NCBI GenBank assembly: GCA_944324895.1
Contig: CALUYC010000066.1
Location: 1 to 36,412, forward strand
Length of the DNA stretch: 36,412 bases
DNA from: Candidatus Gastranaerophilales bacterium
GTDB lineage: Bacteria > Cyanobacteriota > Vampirovibrionia > Gastranaerophilales > Gastranaerophilaceae
Reading direction: 5' to 3'
Of the stretch, positions 6,622 to 15,492 are shown piece after piece; position 1 is the first letter of the stretch; the number at the start of each line of letters is the position of its first letter. The position numbers and the translations under genes were made by a program. The notes below the pieces were generated by a model, which was not told the DNA's origin, made no database searches, and saw only the letters and a program-made list of their open reading frames with translations.

Positions 6622-8127
6622 TTAGAAATTTTCACTACTACCGACTTGGAACAAATCTTCAAGGAATGTTCTGAATGCTAGATTTGTTTTATATTCACTT
6701 GTTTGCTTCATAGCCTCATATGCAGTTTTAAATTCTTGATAAGTAGCATTTGTTTTTCCTGTAAGTGTTCTTCTTATATCACCCGGGGACATATTTTTTG
6801 CTTGCATACCACTATTATACAATTCAACTACTTTTTGTTTTGCAGAATTAATAAATCCTTTTGCTTTGTCCGCGATAGCAGCAGATGTGTTGGCAGCATC
6901 GTCAGCGTTATTTGCGGCAGCGGTTACAGCATCGTCAGCATTGTTTGTAACAGCGTTAGCTGCATTTGCATTACCGGTACTTGCAGCAGCATTAGCAGCA
7001 TCGTCAGCGTTATTTGCGGCAGCGGTTACAGCTTCATCTGCGTTATTTGCAACGGCAGCAGCTACATTTGCATTACCGGATGCATTAGCTCGGTACGCAC
7101 CAATACCTGATGTTGCAGCACCGACAGTACCACCAACTAATGCACCACCAAATGCACCTGTTGCAGTAGAGCCTAACAAACCGCCGACATTAAATTCGTC
7201 ACCATCAAATACGGCATCTGCAGTATAATTTGTAGCCCCCATAACGCCACCACTTATAGCACCTGCTTTAGCACCAGCAATAGCACCTTGTTTTATAGTT
7301 TCGCCTATAAGAACCTTTCCGCCCTCTTTTGCAGCAACCATGCCAGCACTACCAATGCCAGCAGTAGCAGCAGTGACAACACCGCCAACAGCGCCTGTGA
7401 TAGTATCTTTTAAACCATCTTTAACTGAATAATCGCCTTGTACATTATTTGTTGCTTTGTCAGAAACCTTAATACCAACTTTAACAGCTGCACCAATTCC
7501 TGCTCCAAGTGCAAGACTGGCTCCAAAAGAGAAAGGAGCGGCAATAACTCCTGCAACAACGGCTAAGCCCGAGGCAACATTGGAGAATATTTCTACAAAT
7601 GAATCTTGTTTTTGTGAGTAATTATGTAATTTTTCTACAGCTTCCTGATATGATATTTCACCGTTTTCTGCTTGACTTAGCGCTTCTTCTACGGCATTAG
7701 AACCATTACCATGTCCAAAGAAATTTTTCACACCGTTCCAAGCTTTGCCAAGCCAGCCTTGTTCATTTTCTACTTGTTCATAAGCAGCACGTAGTTGCGC
7801 CATTTGTTCCTCTGTTGCAGTTGAATCAGATGTTTGTTCGGATGATTGTACATTATTATATAAATCATCAATGTTTGTACCTGCACCACCCGAAGATGTT
7901 TCCCCTTGAGTTGTACCATTGGCATCATTTGATGTTCCATTCGTACTTTCATCAGCACTATCAGAATAATTTTTCAAAATAGTGTCATATGAACCCGAAT
8001 AATTAACACTGCCAAATAACAGCTCATTTTCGGCAATGTTATTTATCTTGTTTTGGATAGCTTTATTAATATTCTCGGAATTTCTGTACATAGCAAAGCT
8101 ATCAGCGTAAATTGCGCTTGAACTCAT
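6622..8127 (-). CDS. Hypothetical protein with a Gly/Ala-rich glycine-zipper membrane core and an Asn/Ala/Asp repeat region
   Basis: 501 aa with no Sec signal. Hydrophobic hairpin VASGLAVVAGVIAAPFSFGASLALGAGIGAAV, then multiple GxxxG/AxxxG strings. NNADDA(A/V)... repeats follow. I recognise no family. Confidence 0.7.
   Translation of the reverse strand: MSSSAIYADSFAMYRNSENINKAIQNKINNIAENELLFGSVNYSGSYDTILKNYSDSADESTNGTSNDANGTTQGETSSGGAGTNIDDLYNNVQSSEQTSDSTATEEQMAQLRAAYEQVENEQGWLGKAWNGVKNFFGHGNGSNAVEEALSQAENGEISYQEAVEKLHNYSQKQDSFVEIFSNVASGLAVVAGVIAAPFSFGASLALGAGIGAAVKVGIKVSDKATNNVQGDYSVKDGLKDTITGAVGGVVTAATAGIGSAGMVAAKEGGKVLIGETIKQGAIAGAKAGAISGGVMGATNYTADAVFDGDEFNVGGLLGSTATGAFGGALVGGTVGAATSGIGAYRANASGNANVAAAVANNADEAVTAAANNADDAANAAASTGNANAANAVTNNADDAVTAAANNADDAANTSAAIADKAKGFINSAKQKVVELYNSGMQAKNMSPGDIRRTLTGKTNATYQEFKTAYEAMKQTSEYKTNLAFRTFLEDLFQVGSSENF
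6893..7096. repeat. In-frame tandem duplication (about 102 nt x 2) inside the 501-aa gene
   Basis: The 38-nt core GCAGCATCGTCAGCGTTATTTGCGGCAGCGGTTACAGC occurs identically at 6893..6930 and 6995..7032. Flanks are diverged copies. Confidence 0.85.
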
Positions 8128-8248
8128 ATTAATTCCTCTCTATAATTGTGTGTTTATATATTTAAAAAAAGTTTCTTTAATAAAATTGATATACAAAATA
8201 TAGAATTTATATAAAATTACCCAAAACACAATCATATTAAGAAAATAT

Positions 8249-9112
8249 TTGTTAAGAAAATTTAACAAACGTGCAATTTTTACATGTAATTTTTTTTTAT
8301 TAATACATAAGATAGTGTGTGGTATAGAAGTAGTGAAAACAGATAGAATTTTTGGCGCGCTTAATTTTAGCTCAAACGCCGCCATAAAAACTAATCCTAA
8401 AAAATATATATGGAATTACACAAGCAAGGACACATATTCAAGTCAGTATCCAAAGCTAAACCCTGCTTTGCAAAACCCCATATATAGAATTAATGATTCA
8501 TATCTTGCAAAAATTTCGCCCGCTATGTTCATACAAAAGTATTCAAATGCACAAATTTTAAATAGCGCCGCACAAACTAACCCAAATATAAGAGATATTA
8601 TCGGCACAGGATATAATTCCGTTAAAATATACCCGCAAAACTCAAGCAGTGCTATTAATCCACATTTCATACCTACTGAACAAGCTGCGATAAAAATTAT
8701 GCAAAAATGCGGTGAAAAATTTAGCCCACAAGATTATAACAGCGTAAGGCAAGCGGCGCTTTTACACGACGTAGGAAAAGCATATATTCCATATGAAATT
8801 TTAAATAAAAAAGGAAAATTAACACCACAAGAAAAAGAAATTGTAGACAAGCACGCACGATTAAGCTACGAAGTGCTTAAAACAGCCGGGGTAGATGGAG
8901 CAGTGTTAAATCTTGTTCGTAATCATCATACTTATTCAAAAAACAATCCTCCTACGGTTCAAATCCTACAAATTGCAGACATATGGAGTGCGCTAAAAGA
9001 AAAAAGATCATATAAAGAAGCATACAGTAATGATAAGGCTCTAGGAATATTATACGAGCGTGCGCAAAACGGTGATTTTGACAAAAAATATATTGACGCA
9101 CTTGCAGCATAA
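8249..9112 (+). CDS. HD-domain protein (HD-GYP-like, GYP motif absent); start uncertain
   Basis: AALLHDVGKAYIPYEILNKKGKLTPQEKEIVDKHARLSYEVL...VRNHH matches the HD/HD-GYP metal-binding layout. The track start is TTG 8249 and the first in-frame ATG is 8525. Confidence 0.6.
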   Translation: MLRKFNKRAIFTCNFFLLIHKIVCGIEVVKTDRIFGALNFSSNAAIKTNPKKYIWNYTSKDTYSSQYPKLNPALQNPIYRINDSYLAKISPAMFIQKYSNAQILNSAAQTNPNIRDIIGTGYNSVKIYPQNSSSAINPHFIPTEQAAIKIMQKCGEKFSPQDYNSVRQAALLHDVGKAYIPYEILNKKGKLTPQEKEIVDKHARLSYEVLKTAGVDGAVLNLVRNHHTYSKNNPPTVQILQIADIWSALKEKRSYKEAYSNDKALGILYERAQNGDFDKKYIDALAA

Positions 9113-9204
9113 CATAACCTCCACTTGTGGTGTCTTCTTTGGTAATTGAATATTTATTAAGAGAACTTTAAACTTATTCATTATTGCAAGGAGGATACTT
9201 AATA

Positions 9205-10443
9205 ATGAAATTTGAGGATTTTTTATACACACAGGATGGGGCAGATTTATTTGAAAAAGCACAAGGTCTCGACAACGTTCTTTCAAGCGGAGTTATGACG
9301 GGTAGTGAAGGCTTGGGTATTCGCCTTGCAGAAAAAACATCTCCTGAGGTTAAAATTAAAGAAAAGAACGGCTGCGAACACAAAGTAATAATGCTGGGCT
9401 CAAATTCATATTTAAATTTAACAACAAACAAAAAAGTTTGTGATGCAGCAATCAGAGCCATAGAAAAATTTGGCTACGGTATGGGCGCAGTATCTGTTTA
9501 TGCAGGCATTACAGATATGCATAAAGAGCTTGAAAAACGAATTGCAAATTTTTATAAAACCGAAGATGCGGTATTATTCCCAAGCGGTTACGGTACAAAC
9601 ATAGGTGTAATTTCAGCACTTTGTTCACAAGGCGATATTATTATAAACGACAGTGCAAACCACGCTTCAATTTTTGACGGCTCAAAACTTTCTGGTGCAG
9701 ATATTAGGGTATATCCGCATGGAAATCTAAAAGCACTTGAGAAGATTTTGGAAAAACTAAAAAATACCAACGCTGCAAAACTGATAATTACCGATGGTGT
9801 ATTTTCAATGTACGGCGATGTGGCTAGATTAGATAAAATATGTGACTTAGCAGAGTTCTACGGCGCAAAAGTTATGGTAGATGATGCACATGGACTTGGC
9901 ATAGTAGGTCCAACAGGCAGAGGCACCGCACAAATTTATAGAGTAGAAAACAGGATACATTTAAATGTAGGTATGTTAAGCAAAACAGCAGGTGCGGTCG
10001 GCGGATACTGCGCAACAACAAGAAAAATTGCACAATATTTAAGACATTATGCAAGAAGTTATTTTTTCTCTACCGCCCTTCCTGCTCCAATTGTTGCAGG
10101 ATTAAATGAAATATTCAAACTTTTAGAACACGATAGAGCAGGCAGAAAAGAACTGTGGGAAAATATTATCTATATAAAAGAAAAATTAAATAATGCAGGT
10201 TTTAATACAGGCGACTCTCGCTCAGGCATCGTGCCAATAATTATTGGAGATGAGGCAACTCTGTTTAAAATGTATCAAGATTTAAGACTAAGCGGTGTTT
10301 ATACAAATATAGTAACTTATCCGGCCGTCAGAAGAAAAGATTGTAGAATAAGACTTTGCATAATGAAAGACCTGAATAAAAAACAAATAGACAGGGCGGT
10401 AGAAATAATTACAAAAATAGGAAAAAAATACGGCGTTATATAA
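9205..10443 (+). CDS. PLP-dependent alpha-oxoamine synthase family protein (AONS/KBL/serine palmitoyltransferase-like)
   Basis: LGSNSYLNL, DDAHGLG and the PLP-lysine context MLSKTAGAVGGY. AAGGAGGA RBS precedes ATG 9205. Confidence 0.85.
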   Translation: MKFEDFLYTQDGADLFEKAQGLDNVLSSGVMTGSEGLGIRLAEKTSPEVKIKEKNGCEHKVIMLGSNSYLNLTTNKKVCDAAIRAIEKFGYGMGAVSVYAGITDMHKELEKRIANFYKTEDAVLFPSGYGTNIGVISALCSQGDIIINDSANHASIFDGSKLSGADIRVYPHGNLKALEKILEKLKNTNAAKLIITDGVFSMYGDVARLDKICDLAEFYGAKVMVDDAHGLGIVGPTGRGTAQIYRVENRIHLNVGMLSKTAGAVGGYCATTRKIAQYLRHYARSYFFSTALPAPIVAGLNEIFKLLEHDRAGRKELWENIIYIKEKLNNAGFNTGDSRSGIVPIIIGDEATLFKMYQDLRLSGVYTNIVTYPAVRRKDCRIRLCIMKDLNKKQIDRAVEIITKIGKKYGVI

Positions 10444-10462
10444 ATAAGAAAATATATCAAAA

Positions 10463-10499
10463 AAGCCGTCATTTGTATCAGCAACATAAAAGACGGCTT
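10463..10499. terminator. Bidirectional terminator between convergent genes
   Basis: AAGCCGTC ... GACGGCTT 8-bp stem with A-run and T-run flanks. The loop is large (21 nt). Confidence 0.5.
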
Positions 10500-10516
10500 T
10501 TTGTATGAAACTGATA

Positions 10517-10876
10517 TTATTTTATATCTTGTGTCTGCCTGTTAGAGCGTGAAACTTCGCGTCCGCGTATGTCATAATATTTACCGTTACCGTCTTTATC
10601 CTCTACATAAGTACCGGTTTTTCTGCCACGTACATCATACATGGTAAAATTGTTGCTGTCACCCTGCCTGACCGCTTTACCCATACTTCTGCCACGTGCA
10701 TCCTGAATATTTTTTTCTTTTACTTTTTCTTCGGTATCCGTTTTTGCAGCAGCTTGAATTTTTACCTTTTTCTTTGGTTCTATCTTATGACCGTATTTGT
10801 CATACTTTGTTCTAGCCAAAACCGGCGCAGAAAGTACAAAAATTGCAGCCAATGTTAAAACAAATATCTTTTTCAT
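10517..10876 (-). CDS. Small secreted Lys/Arg-rich protein with three (Y)D-x-R-G-R repeats
   Basis: Start at ATG 10876 with AGGAGA upstream. Signal peptide MKKIFVLTLAAIFVLSAPVLA. Repeats are QDARGRSMG, YDVRGRKTG and YDIRGREVS. Confidence 0.7.
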   Translation of the reverse strand: MKKIFVLTLAAIFVLSAPVLARTKYDKYGHKIEPKKKVKIQAAAKTDTEEKVKEKNIQDARGRSMGKAVRQGDSNNFTMYDVRGRKTGTYVEDKDGNGKYYDIRGREVSRSNRQTQDIK

Positions 10877-10982
10877 AAAATTTCTCCTGTTGCTATAATA
10901 AAAACCAAAACAAGATTTTTTTGCCATATTAAAATTATATATTATTTTTTTAAAATCATAAAGATTGTGGTAATATAAAACT

Positions 10983-11564
10983 ATGACTATATTAAAAATT
11001 TTAAAATACGGAGACGAAAAACTGCGTCAAAAGTGCAAGGAAGTATCAAAAGTTTCAAAAAAAATTAAAATTCTTGCAGAAAATATGATTGACACAATGT
11101 ATGCAAACAACGGAGTGGGTCTTGCCGCACCTCAAGTTGGGGAAAACCACCGAATTTTTGTAATAGATGTTTCATCTGATGACGAACCGCTTAATCCGAT
11201 TGTTTTTATTAACCCGAAAATAATTAAAAAAAGCGGCGCAATAAAAAGCAATGAAGGTTGTTTAAGTTTTCCTAAAGCTTATGTCGATGTAAGGCGCTAC
11301 AAAAATGTTATGGTAAAAGCATTGGATTTAAACGGCAGGCCATTTGTTATAGAAGCAAAAGACGGCGAATTGCTTGCAAGAGCAATTCAACATGAATTCG
11401 ACCATTTGGAAGGAATATTGTTTATTGATCACTCGAGAAACATGTTTGAAGCCATAGAGGTTTTAAAACAAAACAACCTGCCCTCAATAGAACAAGACAG
11501 AATGCTTGATGAACCTGAGCTTGAGGAAGAAATATTAAAACAAGAGAGTGAAAATAAGCAATGA
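10983..11564 (+). CDS. def: Peptide deformylase
   Basis: GVGLAAPQ, EGCLSFP and QHEFDHLEG motifs. Confidence 0.95.
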   Translation: MTILKILKYGDEKLRQKCKEVSKVSKKIKILAENMIDTMYANNGVGLAAPQVGENHRIFVIDVSSDDEPLNPIVFINPKIIKKSGAIKSNEGCLSFPKAYVDVRRYKNVMVKALDLNGRPFVIEAKDGELLARAIQHEFDHLEGILFIDHSRNMFEAIEVLKQNNLPSIEQDRMLDEPELEEEILKQESENKQ

Positions 11565-12502
11565 AAATAGCGTTTTTTGCAACACCCGATATTGCAATAG
11601 AATCTTTCAAATATTTTATAAATTCAAATGATTATGAAGTTTGTGCCCTTGTAACACAACCACCAAAACCATCAAACAGAGGGAAAAAAATTATACAGAG
11701 CAAAATTAAGACAATAGCTCTTGAAAATAATATTGAAGTTTTAGAGCCGCAAAGAATATCAAAAGAGCCTGAAATTATTGAAAAGTTAAAATCATATAAT
11801 TGCGATTTTTTTATAACTTTTGCTTTTGGTCAAATATTATCTCAAGAAGTAATTGACATACCGAAATTTGCCACAATCAACTTACATGCCTCACTATTAC
11901 CTTGTTATAGGGGCGCAAATCCAATTTGCGAAGCAATTTTAAATGGTGAGAAAAAAACAGGCATAACGACCATGAAGACAGCTCTTGAGCTTGATGCAGG
12001 AGATATTTGCTTACAAGAAGAAATCCCTTTGGATGATGAAATAAACACTCCGGAACTAATGCAAAAAATATCGTCGCTATCTCCACAACTTTTGGATAAA
12101 ACACTAAAAGGCTTGTATAACAATGCTTTAACACCCATTACACAAGAGCACGACAAAGCAACATTTACAAAAAAAATCAAAAAAGAAGACAAAAATATTG
12201 ACTGGACGCAGGATGCAAAAAAAATACATGATAAAATCCGCGCTATGCACACAATAAACACTTGTCACACAAAGTTTAACGGAAAACTTGTTAAAATTTT
12301 AAAAACAAAAGTTATAGGCAAGTGCAAAAAGGCAAAATGTGCAGAGGTTTTAAGTGTTGATAAAACAGGAATTTGCGTATGCTGTGGTAATAAAGCAATT
12401 TTAATAACAAGCGTCAAGCCCGAAGGAAAAGGCGAGATGAGCGCTTTTAACTGGAGTCTTGGTGCTAAAATTAAAACTGGAGATATGTTTGAAATATGTT
12501 AA
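11561..12502 (+). CDS. fmt: Methionyl-tRNA formyltransferase
   Basis: Overlaps the def stop by 4 nt. NLHASLLPCYRGANPI motif and C-terminal Fmt domain. Confidence 0.95.
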   Translation: MKIAFFATPDIAIESFKYFINSNDYEVCALVTQPPKPSNRGKKIIQSKIKTIALENNIEVLEPQRISKEPEIIEKLKSYNCDFFITFAFGQILSQEVIDIPKFATINLHASLLPCYRGANPICEAILNGEKKTGITTMKTALELDAGDICLQEEIPLDDEINTPELMQKISSLSPQLLDKTLKGLYNNALTPITQEHDKATFTKKIKKEDKNIDWTQDAKKIHDKIRAMHTINTCHTKFNGKLVKILKTKVIGKCKKAKCAEVLSVDKTGICVCCGNKAILITSVKPEGKGEMSAFNWSLGAKIKTGDMFEIC

Positions 12503-12861
12503 CACGCGGAATTAGAGGTGCAATAACCGTAGATAAAAACGACAAAAAATCCATAAAAGAAGCAACTGTCGAACTTGTGGATGCTATCTTGGATAAAAAC
12601 AACATTGAAGTCGAAAACATTGCCTTTGCTATTTTTACTGTAACATCAGACTTAGATGCAGATTTTCCTGCAAAGTATGCAAGAGAATACTGCGGGTTTG
12701 AAAACGTACCTATGATGTGTTATCGCGAAATGGATGTCAAGGGTGCGATAAATATGTGTCTGCGTGCCCTAATCAGTGTTAATACAACCAAAAAACAAAA
12801 AGAAATTAAACATCAATACTTAAAAGGGGCAGCAAAACTCCGCCCCGACATAACGGAATAA
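12496..12861 (+). CDS. aroH: Chorismate mutase, AroH class
   Basis: The RGIRGAITV N-terminal signature and the 121-aa size are typical of monofunctional AroH. Confidence 0.8.
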   Translation: MLTRGIRGAITVDKNDKKSIKEATVELVDAILDKNNIEVENIAFAIFTVTSDLDADFPAKYAREYCGFENVPMMCYREMDVKGAINMCLRALISVNTTKKQKEIKHQYLKGAAKLRPDITE

Positions 12862-12869
12862 GAGGAAAA

Positions 12870-14207
12870 ATGCCAAATTACAAAGAAAAGCAGGAGATTA
12901 ATTATCCATACCTGTCAAAACCTGTAAATATTTATACATATGATAACGGGCATAAGGTTGTTATTGCCCAAAAAGACTCTCATATGGCAAATATCAGCAC
13001 TTGGGCAAAAACAGGCTCAATAAATGAAAATAAAGACAACAACGGCGTATCACACTTTTTAGAACATCTTATGTTTAAAGGTACCACAAAATACAAAGCC
13101 GGAGTTTTTGACAGAACGCTTGAATCTAAAGGCGGGATAATAAATGCTGCAACTTGGAAAGATTACACATACTATTACGTTACCATTCCAAAACGCTATT
13201 TTGATACAGCACTACACATGCACGCAGATATGATGGTCGACCCCATTATCCCTGAAGATGAAGTAGGGCCTGCATTTGACTTTAATAACGAAGTACCAAA
13301 AGAAAAGCGCGAAAGATACGTGGTTATTGAAGAAATAAGAATGGGAAAAGACAATAACTGGCGAAAAGTGTACTCTGCCTTAAATGATGCAATGTATGAA
13401 AAACATCCCTATAAACGCGAAGTAATAGGGACAGGCGAAATTATAGCATCAATTCCGCGCGATGAAATAATGAGATATTACCAAACATTCTACAGTCCAA
13501 ATAACCTTACAACAGTTATTGTTGGGGACTTTGATGATGATGAAATTCTTGAGAAAATTGAAAAAGAATTTAAATTTAAAAATTATTCCGATATAGAAAA
13601 ATGCAAAGCGGATGAACGCGAACCTGAAATAACAATCAAAAATCCTAAATACATTGAACAAAAAGGAGATGTAAACACAGGTTATTTGATGCTTGGCTTC
13701 CTATGCGACAGCGCAAAAAATCTAAAAGAAACCATTGCTTTAGATGTCATATCAAACATATTGGGCGAAGGTAAAAGCTCAAGGTTAAATACCAGATTTA
13801 TAGAAGGATGTGACAAACCTTATGTTTATCAAATAGAAACTTGTCATTATCAATTTAAAGACGGCGACAACTTCTTTATAGAAGCCGTTTTTGACCCAAA
13901 CAAAAAAGATGATTTCGTAAAAGAAATAAAAGAAGAATTGGATAAACTGGCAAATATAACAAATGAGGAGCTAAAAAAGGCTAAAAAACGTGCAAAAGTA
14001 AACTTTGCACAAGATGCCGAAACTGTGTCGGATATTGCAGATTCTATCGGATATTACATGACCGTTTGCGAAGATTTAAAACCCGCTGAGCAATATCTTT
14101 CAACGCTTGAAGAAATAAACACCGAATATTTAAGTGAAATTGCAAAAAAATATCTGAATAAATACGCTTGTTCTACAAGTGTTTTACTCCCGAAAGGAGA
14201 AGAATAA
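12870..14207 (+). CDS. M16 family zinc peptidase (catalytic subunit)
   Basis: HFLEHLMFKGT carries the inverted zincin HxxEH motif. Confidence 0.9.
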   Translation: MPNYKEKQEINYPYLSKPVNIYTYDNGHKVVIAQKDSHMANISTWAKTGSINENKDNNGVSHFLEHLMFKGTTKYKAGVFDRTLESKGGIINAATWKDYTYYYVTIPKRYFDTALHMHADMMVDPIIPEDEVGPAFDFNNEVPKEKRERYVVIEEIRMGKDNNWRKVYSALNDAMYEKHPYKREVIGTGEIIASIPRDEIMRYYQTFYSPNNLTTVIVGDFDDDEILEKIEKEFKFKNYSDIEKCKADEREPEITIKNPKYIEQKGDVNTGYLMLGFLCDSAKNLKETIALDVISNILGEGKSSRLNTRFIEGCDKPYVYQIETCHYQFKDGDNFFIEAVFDPNKKDDFVKEIKEELDKLANITNEELKKAKKRAKVNFAQDAETVSDIADSIGYYMTVCEDLKPAEQYLSTLEEINTEYLSEIAKKYLNKYACSTSVLLPKGEE

Positions 14208-15442
14208 TGGAACATATTATAAAAAACGATATTGATATAATAATAAACAACAGAAAAAATACGCCAAGAACCTGTGTTTGTTTTTATTTTGGAATTGATG
14301 AAGCAGAAAAAATTTCCGGCACATACGCACTTTTTGCAAAACTGCTTTTACAAGGTACAAAAAATAAAGACTCAAAAACACTTGCTAAAGAACTTGAAAA
14401 TAACTGCATAGATGTATCCATCAAAACAAAGCAAGACTATTTAAAGGTAAGTTTTTTATTCTTAAATGAAGACTTTAACCTTGCAATGGATTACGCAAAA
14501 GACATTCTTTTAAATTCAACATTTGAAGAATTTGAAAAAGAAAAATTCAAAATGAAAGGCGAAATTAAAGCAGATCTCGACAACCCGAGAGTTTTAGCAT
14601 CCGACGCTTTTATAAAAAGATTATTTAAAGGGCACCACTATTCAAATACCGCCTCAAAAACCCTTGAAGAAATTGACAAAATTCAAATTGGAGATATAAT
14701 CGAAACCCATAAAAAAATCTTAAATTCAAGAAAAGTCCTGTCTATAACAGGCGATATCGAAGATACAAATAAACTTGTTGATTTTTTTGCGAAAAATTTT
14801 GATTTTATGAAATCCTTTAACGTAAATTCGCAAATACAAAGGCTTGAAGATTTTATTCCCAAAAACGGCAAGTGTGAAGTACTAAAAATTGCAAAAGATG
14901 ACTTAAATCAGGCACAACTTTTTCAAGGTTTTATAGTACCCAATGTCGACAGCAATTTATATCCTAAAATTTCCGTAATGAACAACATTTTAGGCTCATC
15001 AGGCTTAAGCTCGAGACTTTTTGTAGAGCTAAGAGACAAACAAGGGCTGGCATACACTGTCAGAAGCAGCTACGAAACACTATACAAGTCAGCCATTTTC
15101 AGTTTTTATATAGCAACAGAACCAAAAAACATAAGAAAATCTCTTGACGGATTTATGGAAGAATTAACAAAACTTGCAAACATAAAACCCAGTCAAGAAG
15201 AACTAATGGGGGCAAAAGAAAATATTACAGGGAAACTTGAATATTTTTCGCAAACCAACTCTCAACTTGCTTCTATAGAGGGTTACAATTACCTTATGGG
15301 GCTCGGATTAAATTATAGCGAAAAATTTATAAACATGATAAACGAGGTTACAGAAGATGATATTTGCGAAGCAGCAAAATTAATTCTTGAAAAAAATTCA
15401 TTAATATGCGCCCTTGCTCCACAAAAATATCTAAATTTTTAA
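14207..15442 (+). CDS. M16 family peptidase-like protein (non-catalytic partner, no HxxEH)
   Basis: TAATG overlap with the upstream M16 gene. M16 C-terminal-type sequence GLSSRLFVELRDKQGLAYTV. Confidence 0.85.
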   Translation: MEHIIKNDIDIIINNRKNTPRTCVCFYFGIDEAEKISGTYALFAKLLLQGTKNKDSKTLAKELENNCIDVSIKTKQDYLKVSFLFLNEDFNLAMDYAKDILLNSTFEEFEKEKFKMKGEIKADLDNPRVLASDAFIKRLFKGHHYSNTASKTLEEIDKIQIGDIIETHKKILNSRKVLSITGDIEDTNKLVDFFAKNFDFMKSFNVNSQIQRLEDFIPKNGKCEVLKIAKDDLNQAQLFQGFIVPNVDSNLYPKISVMNNILGSSGLSSRLFVELRDKQGLAYTVRSSYETLYKSAIFSFYIATEPKNIRKSLDGFMEELTKLANIKPSQEELMGAKENITGKLEYFSQTNSQLASIEGYNYLMGLGLNYSEKFINMINEVTEDDICEAAKLILEKNSLICALAPQKYLNF

Positions 15443-15492
15443 CTTTGTTTAATAATTTGCACAAAAATACACTATAAATTAGAATAAAAAAC

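Noticed and set aside
6703-7228. Plus-strand ORFs 6703..7110 and 6866..7228 (Ala/Ser/Cys-rich)
   Set aside because: They are antisense to the 501-aa gene's Ala/Asn/Gly repeat region, so they are repeat-driven open frames and not genes.
8140-8385. 81-aa minus-strand ORF in the divergent promoter region
   Set aside because: It lies in extremely AT-rich intergenic-type sequence, gives an Ile/Phe/Lys/Asn-rich translation and has no RBS. It overlaps the likely promoter and 5' region of the HD gene.
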